From contig NW_026262637.1 in assembly GCF_021869535.1 (NCBI RefSeq), forward strand, positions 15,748,001 to 15,812,000: a DNA stretch of 64,000 bases, read 5' to 3'. Made by a program: the position numbers and the translations under genes. This DNA comes from Mytilus californianus. Taxonomy: Eukaryota. The notes below the pieces were generated by a model that was given only the letters and a program-made list of their open reading frames with translations, made no database searches and had not been told where the DNA came from. Shown one piece after another: positions 1 to 11,006 of the stretch; position 1 is the stretch's first letter, and every line of letters begins with the position of its first letter.

Positions 1-28
1 TTTTTGTTTTGTTTTTTTTTGTTAAACT

Positions 29-2511
29 ATGATTTGAACTACACGTTGTACATAGTTATCATTTTAATAGTTTATATATTGAGAAAAATATCTTTACTCT
101 TATATTTAAAGGTTATTGCAATGAGACAAATACAACGTTCAAATAAGCATCATTGATTGTAACCATTAGGCTTGACTAGATTACCGAGGCGCTTACTAAT
201 ACATGTGACCAGTCAGGATTTAAGTAGACACAGCATAAAAATAGTTAGAGATTTTACATTTCGGTATATCCAAAACATAACTGAGCTTAATTTGAGTTTT
301 TAATTTGATACAGTTAATAGCGAAAACTGCTTTTCATTGTTTGCATCGTCTTAAAAGTCTACATCTGGATAACAACGTCTTAAAAGTGATACCCAAAGGA
401 ATATTCTACAACCTGAATTGTTTACAAGACCTTTAGATTGATAGCAATAAACTACAAAAACCATCAGGATGGCCAAATAAATGAAATGTCAAAAATCGTG
501 TCACTGAGATATCTGTCGTTCGACGTGTACCAAGATTTTAAATTTCCTAGCCAATGGTCTGATTTTAGTAATATAAGTTATTTGGAGGATGTTCACTAGA
601 TCAATAAATGTGCAATTCAACAAGAAAATGTTTGCTCATATAAAACTGATGTCAATAATGACTTTGTACTTACATATAGTTCCGTCCATATCGGATGATT
701 TTTTCGAATATTTTCCTAATTTAAATTCAATTGTATTAAAACTTGGTAATTATTTACCTAATAGTCCAATAGATCAAGTGTTTAGATCTTTTGGAGTTTA
801 AAGACATAGAAACGTGACAAATATCTTAATAACATCTAGTACATCTGACAATGAGTTTATCTTAGATTACGAACAAATGAAGTATTTATGGTCAATTTGT
901 TTGAAAAGATTGACATTGCAAGATTTATTCATAAAATCTATATCTAAATACGCACTGCAAAGATTTTCTGTTGAAAGCAAATGTCTTGAATATCTAGAAA
1001 TTTCACAAAATAGGATAATTGACCAAGCATTTGATTTGTTTGTCTTTATTGAGAACTTTGCAAATTAGAAAGTTTTCAAACTTATTAGAAATTGGCACCA
1101 TATCAGAAGTAAACGCTCGCACCCATCAAGATTGGACAAACTTACTTTCATTTTACCAAAATCTCTAGAAGAAATGTACATAGAAAGTTATATAGATAGT
1201 CATTGGTTTTTTGTACAATTTATTAACAGTTTAAATCTTCGAGTGCTAAGCTTGAAGGGCAATTACATCAAGTCATGTAAAGCAAGTTTTGAAGGAGGAA
1301 TAAATGTGGAGTACTATGATATGTCTGGATGGAGATGTGAAAAACTGTCTATCAATTTGTTGTATGGTTTCCCAAATTTGCAGACATTGAAAGCAAGTGA
1401 CTCACTTCTAGGACATGGATTTGAGAACAGCGCTAAAGGGGGGTCTTTCTTTAGTGAGACACTAAGAATGCGATATACTGACCTATCATTAAATGAAATA
1501 AACAGTATACCAAAAGGATTATTTTTGCAACCGTTGGAGCAGTTATTATCAGTGAACATGTCACACAACAATTTAACAATATTTCCATAATTTCTTTCTA
1601 TTATTAAACCATTAAAAATTATTGAAATGACCTATAACAGTATAACACACTTCGTAGACAATGAATTGAATCAAATTGAAAACCTAGGAGAAATAAATAT
1701 CTTCTTGAAAGGAAATCCCTTGCAATGTTCTTGTAAAGCTTTACAATTTTTAAAGTGGTTCGGTCAAACAAAACGAGTACCGGATATTTTGGATTTGAAA
1801 TGTGTAACCGAAAAGGCATCTCGTACGTTTTTAATTGAAGTTATTGCCGATCTGCGGAAATTTGAGATTTCTTGCAAAACTAAAGTCTGGTTGCCGGTTG
1901 CTGTCTTTATAACCTCCATTATCATAGTTGCTATGATATTAATCTTTATATGTTTTCGATATAAATATGCTCTTGAGTACTTTTTATTGAGATGGAAAAT
2001 GAAAATGAAAAATTACAAAAAATTGAAGCAGGAGTATACTTATGATACTTTTATATCATACAGTCATACAGATGTGGAATGGGTAAAACAGTTCTATGAC
2101 AAGTTGAATAGTATGGGGTTTGAATTATGTCTGGACGCCAAGACGTTTATTGCTGGTAACGGTATAGCGGAAAATGTTATAGATGCAATCGATTCCAGTA
2201 GAAAGGTTATATTTATTCTAACTCACAATTTCTTAAAGAGTTCTTGGGGGTCATATAAAATGGAATTGACACGTATGCATGCCTTTCAGAAAGGAAGAGA
2301 AGACATGGTGATTATTGTTGTAATGGATAAGATTATAGTTAGTGATATGCCAGAAATAATGAAAAGTATGTGGTTTAAAATTATATGTATTCAATGGCCA
2401 AACGGTGGCAATCTACCGTACAATACAGAGGAATGTTTTTATGAGAAGTTGAAAATTTCCCTAAAAAAGAAAGAACAAAACGAGGATGAAATCAGGGCTT
2501 TAGTTATCTAG
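29..2511 (+). pseudogene. Toll-like receptor pseudogene (LRR ectodomain disrupted; LRRCT-TM-TIR intact)
   Basis: Manual translation across frames gives an LRR N-cap and LRRs: IIDCNH/LGLTRLP...DLSRHSIKIVRDFTF, LNLSF/NLIQLIAKTAFHCLHRLKSLHLDNNVLKVIPKGIFYNLNCLQDL*IDSN, LRVLSLKGNYI, LSLNEINSIPKGLF. Frameshifts lie near 167, 300, 480 and 588. In-frame stops lie at 434-436, 799-801, 1066-1068 and 1588-1590. ORFs 589, 814, 1132 and 1627 share one frame. The start at 29 is tentative (signal-peptide-like stretch broken by a frameshift). Confidence 0.88.
1627..2511 (+). CDS. Intact C-terminal ORF of the TLR: LRRCT cap, transmembrane helix, TIR domain (294 aa)
   Basis: NPLQCSC LRRCT motif, hydrophobic VWLPVAVFITSIIIVAMILIFICF helix, TIR box1 YDTFISYS, box2 LCLDAKTFIAG, and AIDSSRKVIFILTHNFLKSSW. 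No lesions in 885 nt. Whether it is translated on its own is unknown. Confidence 0.7.
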   Translation: MTYNSITHFVDNELNQIENLGEINIFLKGNPLQCSCKALQFLKWFGQTKRVPDILDLKCVTEKASRTFLIEVIADLRKFEISCKTKVWLPVAVFITSIIIVAMILIFICFRYKYALEYFLLRWKMKMKNYKKLKQEYTYDTFISYSHTDVEWVKQFYDKLNSMGFELCLDAKTFIAGNGIAENVIDAIDSSRKVIFILTHNFLKSSWGSYKMELTRMHAFQKGREDMVIIVVMDKIIVSDMPEIMKSMWFKIICIQWPNGGNLPYNTEECFYEKLKISLKKKEQNEDEIRALVI

Positions 2512-3085
2512 AATTTTTTTAATTGCATAATTCAAAAGCAAAACCTCAAGTAAAAATGAATAATAATGAAACATGCTGATGAAATTGATGTTAAAGTATA
2601 TATAGATATGTAATAAAAATCCTAACAGTTTGCCTGTAGAAATGTGGAAACAATTTGATTTTCATCTATGTATATAATGTGTATTATTCAAATTATTAAA
2701 ATGTATAATGTTTGTAAAGTATCATATGTTTTAAAATGGAGTAGATATAGTCAATATCGTATCTGATGATGAGTTATACAGATACAGATATGGTGAGCGT
2801 ACATAAATTATTGATTTAGTTTTGTAGTGTTGTGTTATCAGTTAATTTTCAATCCTAAATAAGGATAGAAAAACGTAAGCAAATATCGGTATATATAGAT
2901 TATTACAACTTGATTTGAAAGTAGAGACCAAAATTATGTTGGCGATGGATGTGAACATAACAGCTAATCACTACGATCATCAAACTATAACTAAGAAAAT
3001 AACCGAACTTTTTAAAAATACTAGGTTCTGAAATTAAAAGCGTGATTATGAATAGATATATAAAAAAAACCGTCTCCTTTTCCGT

Positions 3086-3331
3086 AAATGTGAACTACCG
3101 AGTTTGAATTATCACTAGTTGTGTATTTACAATCTGCTTACCCTCCTGGAGCACCTGAGATAACCCCCGGTTTTTGTTTGGTTCGTGTTGATCATTCTTT
3201 AGTTTTCTATGTTGTGTTTTATACACTGTTGTTTGTATTTTTGTTTTTTTATTTTTTTTTGCCATGTCTTTGTCAGTATATTATCGACTTATGAGTTTGA
3301 ATGTCTCTTTGGTGTCTTTCGCCTCTCTTTT
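3086..3331 (+). mobile_element. 3' tail fragment of Penelope-like (Naiad-type) retroelement
   Basis: Contains ctgcttaccctcctggagcacctgag...gttcgtgttg...ttatgagtttgaatgtc...ggtgtctttcgcctctcttt, matching the tail that follows the RT remnant at 51110-52082. Confidence 0.7.
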
Positions 3332-3494
3332 TCAAAAGTAAAGGAGAACTACGATATAAGAGTTATAATTTGACCACTGAATATACAAAAATAGTGCCAT
3401 TCTTTAATCCTTTTAAATTATACACGTTTTATGTGTTTCTCAGTCCTGAGTGCTCTTGCGTTTATTTGTACTGTATTCCTGTCACGTAATGTTG

Positions 3495-3810
3495 TCATTT
3501 TAGCGGTATTTTTAATATTGTCATATAAGCGGGAGGTTTGGCTAGCCATAAAACCAGGTTCAAGCCACCATTTTTTCTTAAAATGTCCTGTACCAAGTCA
3601 GGAATATGGCAGTTGTTATCAAATAGTCCGTTTCTATTTATGTTGGCGTTAGTTTTTGTAGCAGTTCAGTGTTTCTGTTGTTCCGTTGTTTTCCTCTTAT
3701 AGTTGATGTGTTCCCTCGGTTTTGGTTTGTGACCCGGATTTGTTTTCGCTTAATCGATTTATGACTATCGAACAGCGGTATACTACTGTTGCCTTTATTT
3801 ATTGATAAAT
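3495..3810 (+). repeat. Interspersed repeat, family B (aaaatgcctgtaccaagtcaggaatatg core)
   Basis: The same core recurs at ~38860-39040, 41855-41990 and 47365-47560, and inverted at ~53260-53420. Confidence 0.65.
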
Positions 3811-3910
3811 GAATAAGATGGTATAAATACTTATGGCTAATTAAGTACATGTACAATTATGTAAAAAAATAATGTCAGTGAGATGTCGTAATCATTAATA
3901 AGACATTTTT

Positions 3911-4337
3911 ATAGATATAAGAAGATGTGGTATGAGTGTCAATGAAACAACTCTCCATCCAAGTCAAAATTTAAAAAAATAAACCATTATAGGTCAAAGT
4001 ACGGTCTTCAACACGCAGCCTTGGCTAACACCGAACAGTAAGCTATAAAGGGCCCCAAAAATTACTAGTGTAAAACCATTCAAACGGGAAAACCAACGGT
4101 CTAATCTATATAAACAACGAGAAACGAGAAACACTTATGAACCACATCAACAAACGACAACTACTGAACATCAGATTCCTGACTTAGGACAGGTGCAAAC
4201 AAATGCAGCGGGTTTAAACGTTTTAATGGTACCAATCCTTCACCCTTTTTCTGAAACAATAGTATAACATCACAACATAGAAAGACACACTATAAAATAT
4301 CAACTGAAATAGCTTAACTCAATCAAAGGACATATTA
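3911..4337 (+). repeat. Interspersed repeat, family A (aagatgtggtatgattgccaatgagacaac terminus; unclassified, SINE-like)
   Basis: Shared terminus and internal blocks (gccttcaacaatgag, ctataaaaggcccc, aaacgacaaccactgaa, tgacttgggacaggc) recur many times in the window. Confidence 0.7.
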
Positions 4338-4699
4338 ACACCAATGTCTATTTCTATATGTAGTTGTTTTAATAAATTGTGCCAAGGAGTTACCCATAAA
4401 AGGTATACAATACAATACAATACAAATATGTTTATTATAGTGACATTGTGTATGACAAAAATATGTACAATATTGAAATATTTCAATTAAATTACACCCG
4501 GCCCAATGGACCTATAAGTCACTTTAAATAGATACTAGTATTAATTCAGATTGACATCAGGAATTTTATATACATGTTAATGTTATATACACACCTTATT
4601 GGCATCTTAATATGGGTCCTCCGGTAAAAACAATCTACTTTTGGGTGAGGCCTTCCTCACATCCTTATATCAATACAAGTTATATAGTTAGATAAATAT

Positions 4700-5365
4700 A
4701 GATTCTACCACTGCATCGAGTGTGATACGATATTTATCCACTCGAGACAGTTAAATTTTCAAATTTAAAACGCGAGGCTCGCCGAGCGTTTTAAATATTT
4801 AAAATTTAACTGTCGAGAGTGGATAAATATCGTATTACACGAGATTTGGTGGTGGAATCTGTTTCTCTAATGATTTTCAAACAATACGCAGGCAAATTTA
4901 TTCCTTTTTTTTCGAATGATCTGCAAAAAGATGTGTTCTTTCTATGTGACGTCATCAGGCATGGTCGCCTTTTTTCATGCCGTCACAATAGGAAATTCAG
5001 AGGAAAGCAAGAAAATTCGACTTCATAATCGGATTTTAACCAGTGAAGAACTGAGATCAAACGAACCACACATTGATTAAATTTTTTTATACAATGGGTG
5101 CAGAAAGGGATAAATTGACGAAGAATTAGAGAAAGAACGAATACCTACGGCATATTTGTATTGATATATTATTATTGTTATATTATCGAAATCAACGGGA
5201 CAAAACGATCCTGTATCATACCCTCTCCTATATGCATAAGTCGAAAATGCAACCATCATTTCTCTGTTTTTGTTCATTTAACGTGTAAATTGATGTTTTT
5301 TATCTTTGCCGCATAATGTTCTTATGAAATAAATATGATATGGAAACTTAAATAGTGATATAATA
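4700..5365. mobile_element. Non-autonomous element with ~160-bp internal palindrome (Crypton-like, tentative)
   Basis: Arms 4700-~4773 and ~4786-4860 are inverted around a GC core cgcgaggctcgccgagcg. Downstream blocks (gaatctgtttctctaatgatt; tgattaaatttttttatacaatg.gtgcagaaagg) are shared with 56617-57019. The right boundary is approximate. Confidence 0.6.
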
Positions 5366-5937
5366 TTAAGAACAGAGTACAACCTGTACTACTGATTTAC
5401 TTCAACAGGAAGCCTAACACTTTTAACTTGACAGATTAACGACTTAATTTATCTTTCAGACTCCGATTACAATAATAGTATCGTTAATAAAAACTGACAT
5501 AATATATGTAACAAGCTACTGCCAGATTAAATATAAGGGTTTTCCCCATACCAGAACACTACTTCTGTGTTTCCCTTTTCTAACCACTACATGCATTAAC
5601 TGATGATATATCGGTCAGAAATTTTGGTATTATTTTTATAAATTATTTTATATTTCAATAAGAAATTATGTGAGGTACATGCATATGATAGGGGGACAAA
5701 AGCCTAACATCAATGCGCAACCTTATGAATAATGACATTTATTTTTCTAATAGAAGAACACTCGCATAGATTTATATTTTGAGTTAAATAATATCATTCT
5801 TTTATGAATATGTTCTTAGTTTATCCTATCGAATTAACTGCATGCAACTTTCGTCAGGTAGATCATTGCCAAAAGTGTTATATAAGTTAAACGAAAAAGG
5901 GTTAAAAAAATAAATAAAAGAGATACAAGTTGTTGGA

Positions 5938-6143
5938 AATACACTTTTCAAGTATTTATTTCGACATACAATTTTAGGATTCAGTGTAAAATAAGGAGAA
6001 GTGGTATGATTGCCAATGAGACAGCTATCCACTAAGATTCAAATACACTTTTCAAGTATTTATTTCGACAACAATTTTAGGATTCAGTGTAAAATAAGGA
6101 GAAGTGGTATGATTGCCAATGAGACAACTATCCACCAAGATTC
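5938..6143 (+). repeat. Tandem duplication of ~103 bp spanning a family-A insertion junction
   Basis: aaatacacttttcaagtatttatttcgaca...gtggtatgattgccaatgagaca.ctatccac.aagattc occurs twice head-to-tail. Confidence 0.85.
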
Positions 6144-6644
6144 AAACGAAGAGGATGAAAGCAATAATAGCTAACCGTATGCCCTTCAACAATGAGAAAA
6201 AAACCATACCGTATAGTCGGCTATCGGTATTTTACCGCTGTTCAAATCTCATAAAATCATTATAATAGATACTAATCAAAGTAAAAATAAACGAAACCAG
6301 ATGGAATCGCCTGAACTCTAATTTGGCCGAGACAGGGTATTTCGACAGGGTGATAAACAGTTTATCATGTTTATAAGTAAAGAAAAGGATTTAGCCTCAG
6401 GTTTGCCAAACCGAAAACAGAGTTTACTGAGAGAATATGCAAAACCCTTAAATATTAAAATGTATAACTTAAACTTTCGAAATAAATTTCTCAAATATAA
6501 CTTCACTTCAAGTTTTTTGTAAATCTTTTGTATTCCAATGGACCGAGGGAACTAAAAAAAGTCCAATTCATACCAACAGTATCAATAGAATATTACCTTT
6601 GTCGTACATATGATACCAGTACTTTTAACAGCTTCTAACAAAGC

Positions 6645-6831
6645 ATATCCGGCACGTCGCAGTGTGTTTGACTCCAATCTTTATTGACTAAGAATACAAG
6701 TTTTCCTACCATAGGTTGGGGGTTCTCCAAAGGCACTCCAGCTTCATCTACCAATAAAAACTCACCGCCACAAGATTGCACAATAGTGCTAAAAGTGGCG
6801 TTAAACATCAATCAATCAATCAATCAATCAA
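6645..6831 (+). mobile_element. 3' part of tRNA-derived SINE ending in (AATC)n
   Basis: ctccagcttcatctaccaataaaaact...aaaagtggcgttaaaca followed by caat repeats; same family as 29861-30111 and 46407-46658. Confidence 0.65.
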
Positions 6832-9384
6832 TAGCTATTCATAAATTAAGGTATAGCTAGAAATCAACATTAGATTTGATGGTAGGATAATAGCAGTTTC
6901 GCTTCATATACACACATAGGTGTGTGTGTGGTTTAAAAGGACATCAGTAGTATTCATTTAGAAAAGAAACACATTGCATGGAATGTATGGAATGACCCGG
7001 TAGGCTGAGTCAAACGTTGTACTCAATCTGATCAATTTCATTTGTATGTAAGCCATGATTTCAGTATCAACTTCCTATCCACAATACTTTACAATATTTA
7101 AAAAAAATAATAAAAACCATGAGTATAGACAGTGGTGATTTTACACACATGATCCGGTTTCTATCTGAAATAATGTGGTGAAAGTAGTTTTGGGACAATC
7201 AAATCTCGGGTTTTAGACCCCATAGATAGCATGCCACCAAGATACCATACAAACGTGCTTACAACATACTGTTTATAAACTCATCTTTAAGTCTATGTAA
7301 TGATAGCTGCATCTATGGTTTTGGTACCCCCTTCTCACATTAAGCATTTTTAAGTAATTCAATAGTTAATGGATAACTTGATATAAGTCTTGGCCGTAAT
7401 ATTGGTCTCATCCTAAATGTGAAATTCACAAAGTTTCACCACAAACAACTCTTACAGTGGTAATAACATACAAATTTTCATGAAAATTTTCAAAAAAAAA
7501 GTTTGAAGCATTGATTTATGTCAACTTGCAGTTCTTGCTTTCAGTAACTGATTCTATAATTCGGTATTTTGTATTATTGTTCTGTTTATACTGTGTTTTA
7601 TTTGCTTTTTGTACACGCTCTCGCTCCTTTTAGAGCTCGTGCGATTATTTCACCAAATAACAGTTTCTGTTTGTTACCTTGAAGGCTTTTGTAGCTTACT
7701 ATCGATAGGTTAGTGTTGCCAAGTCTTGTTTTGTGTAGTACTGTGTGAACTTGAATGTCATTTAGTCGTTTAAGTGATTTGCCATGGCGTGTTGTCAGTT
7801 TCTCTTCGATTTGTCAGTTTTAAATATCAACTTGGTATCTTCCGCCTCTGTTTAAATAGACGGTTTATGCTTTGTTTCATGTTGATGTCCGCAGGATGAG
7901 CTGTAGTTGTTTACATTCACGTCATATGGTGTCTTGAGGATAGTTGCTTTTGCAACCATACCAATGCATTTTATTTTTATAAAAAAAAAGTATCTCTTAA
8001 TTAATAGTGACTATAGTAAAGATTTACTATAGCATCAGTAGATAATAACTCTGAAGATGTATTCCTTTGATTGTGATAACACTTTTTCTCGTTTATTTGA
8101 TTGAGTCAACGAGGTTCAACCATACGTAGCTGCTGCACCAAAAATTTCTGTATTTATTTACCTTATATCATCCGAGTTTGGTTAGCCTCGATCAATTAAA
8201 AAATGATATTTTAAGAATAACACCACGATCTTTAGAGGTGATTTGACAGTTTCTGTCGTTGGTTGGTTTAAAATTTATCAATGATTATTTCATCTGATGT
8301 TTAATTGGAATAGCATTGACTAATGACAATTTCATCTTTGTTAAATGTTATTTTTTTTTGCCCATGCAACATATTGCAGCTTGCAAGTTCTACAAGTAAG
8401 AACATATTGTTTTCCTTTTTTGGTCAGATGTTTCATAGATACAATGTATTGTATCACTGCTTTTTTACTATGTTGACGAAAGTGTTTTTGAAGTTGGCGG
8501 GGGAAAATCGCTTACAATTGCTTGTTTTGTATCCTCCGCTTTTTAGGTGTTCTGATTTTATTCACCACTTTTGTGGTCTGTATTTAGTCACAACGTGAGG
8601 TGATGGAAAAGCTCTTTCAAGGAAGGGTCATGTCAATAAGACACCAATGCTTGCTGACAGTAGATAGAAAAGATTAAATCGGGATGAAAAGTGATAAAAA
8701 GGGGAACTCTATCTGTACAGGTCGTCTTATCTTTGTTGGCTAGCTAGGACGGCCTTTCTGTCTTTTTTTTTTTAACTTAACTAGCAGTTTCGGTGATTTT
8801 TTAAATTGTGTATCCTCTCTTTTTCTGAGTTGTCTCAAACCGTATTATGTCTACGAGAGCTTCCGGTTTTGCATAGACACTTGTCTTACTGTGACCATTT
8901 GATGTCTTTGGATTTTGTGTCGTTTGTTTGACCGTGCGAGACCTGCATGAGTAGTAGAGATCGTTAAACACCCACTTGTATTAGTTGTTGTGTTGCTATA
9001 TATTTAACGCCATATCCCATATCATTTTCATTTATACACTGTTTATGACAAAGGTATTGACAAAGGTATTTTCCAAATATTATTTATTTAACATCTGTCT
9101 AAATATATAACTTTTAATACATACATTAAACAATATTTTGTTGTAAAAAGTAACGGATCACAAGATAGTTCATGACATGGTGCATGTAAATACAGTATTT
9201 CATCTTAAATATGTGTTTGTCTTATAAATAGAATTAACGCTGTGCCTGCTTTGGGTTCATAGCGGGTAGAACACCCTTTAACTGCCAAATTGATTAATCG
9301 TGAGTTTAGTTTTTTAGAATTGTTATTACCGTAAAGTTGAAAACAAAACTATTGTTAAAGTAAGATTTATATAATTATATTATC

Positions 9385-9545
9385 GGTACAAAATTTACTG
9401 CACCAGATGCGCATTTCGACAATAAATGTCTTTTTAGTGATGATCGGGGCCAAAATTGTTGAAAAATCAACCCTTTTACAAAAATTAAAGAGCCGGCCAA
9501 ACCAAAAAGGACCTAAAGTATACCAAAATCCGGACAAGGAATCAT
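9385..9545 (-). mobile_element. Degenerate hammerhead-bearing retrozyme/PLE-type repeat
   Basis: The minus strand reads catca-CTAAAAA-gaca(tttat)tgtc-GAAA-tgcgc(atctg)gtgca. This is type I hammerhead geometry with stems II and III intact but the CUGANGA box mutated. Confidence 0.5.
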
Positions 9546-11006
9546 TGTTTTGCTAAGAATTGTCTAGAATTAAACTGTAAAGTTAGGAAATGGTCGATTG
9601 AGAGTGTGCGAGACAGGAAGTATTTATAGACCTGCGATCCAAAAAAAAAAATATGCGATCAAAATCAATCGCAAGTAATGTTTGAAATGTTCAATATTTA
9701 CGAACTTTTTCTGTCAAAACGTTTTTGTGACAGGTTTCGATGATTAGCTTAGTTAATTGTAAGTTTTTGGTAACCTTCTAAGGAATGACAATTATATTTG
9801 AATGACAAATCTATCGAGTTGTGCAATTCAGGCGGAGTCATGTTTTAGATTTTCAAAAAGGAGGGGTAAACAACCTGTGAGTATAGGTTTTTTCTGACAA
9901 TTCCTGCCTGTATACAAAACAACTTGAACGGACAGCTGACTTTTCAACCTTTTCTATTTAAAAAAAAAGTGTCGACCTGCTTTTTAATCTGTGTAATACA
10001 TATAAAGGATAACAGAATTACAAAAAATGCTGGGCAGTACAATAGACAATACAAAGCACCAACAGCTGACTCCTACGAAAAATACGTACAAAGAAAGACA
10101 ACTGAAAGAAACTTTAAAAGTATTGCACTGCTCTATCACTAATTCGTCCAAAATTAACATATGCAAGGATTTGTTGCATTGGAGTAATACATAATACATA
10201 ATACATAATTTTGTTAAGTGTGAGTTATAAGTATAGAAAGAAATCTGATCATTATAGACGTGGCTTCACAAACAAAATGAATAAATATACCATTTTCACA
10301 TATATGTCGTTTCGTGAATAGTGGTTAGTAACATAATGTTTCAAAATATTTTCACGGAAAAAAATCAATTAAGATTAGCAAGAAGTTAGCATATAATTCT
10401 GAAAGGAAGTGAGACTATAGGATATTACTTGATTATCAACGAAAACAGGTTCGTAATATATAACTTAAGCGTCCCTGTCGTTTGAATAAAAACATCGTTA
10501 TTGCTATAAACTGGAATTAAAAAGTTGACCAACATTATTGTCATCCTATGTTTGTATGATTGACTGATTGTTGCTAGCTTAATGTTCAGTGAAATATTTC
10601 ATTCATATTTAAGATGAGATCAATTTAACAATTATTTAGATTTTCAAAGTACACAAAAAGAAAACATTTGGCACGTTAGCATTTGTGAAAGCACAGTTCA
10701 GTAGGTTGTATTCCAAAAATAAAGATTTATCATTTCCCTTATCAAATGAAATATTCATCTGTATATTAGGTTAATGAGGTCTATAGACAAGAACGTAGCT
10801 GTTTGTATTCATTGATGTACTATATTCCTCAGATTATTTAACATAAGAACAAATATTCTGAATATAAATACTTCTTATAAAAAGTGCTGTAGTATATTAT
10901 AAAATGTCCTATTATTAACAATGCACTGATTATCAATTTTATGCGAACAAAACAACAAATGAACACATGACGGGTAAGGTATCGTTAACAATGTCAACAG
11001 CTAGTG

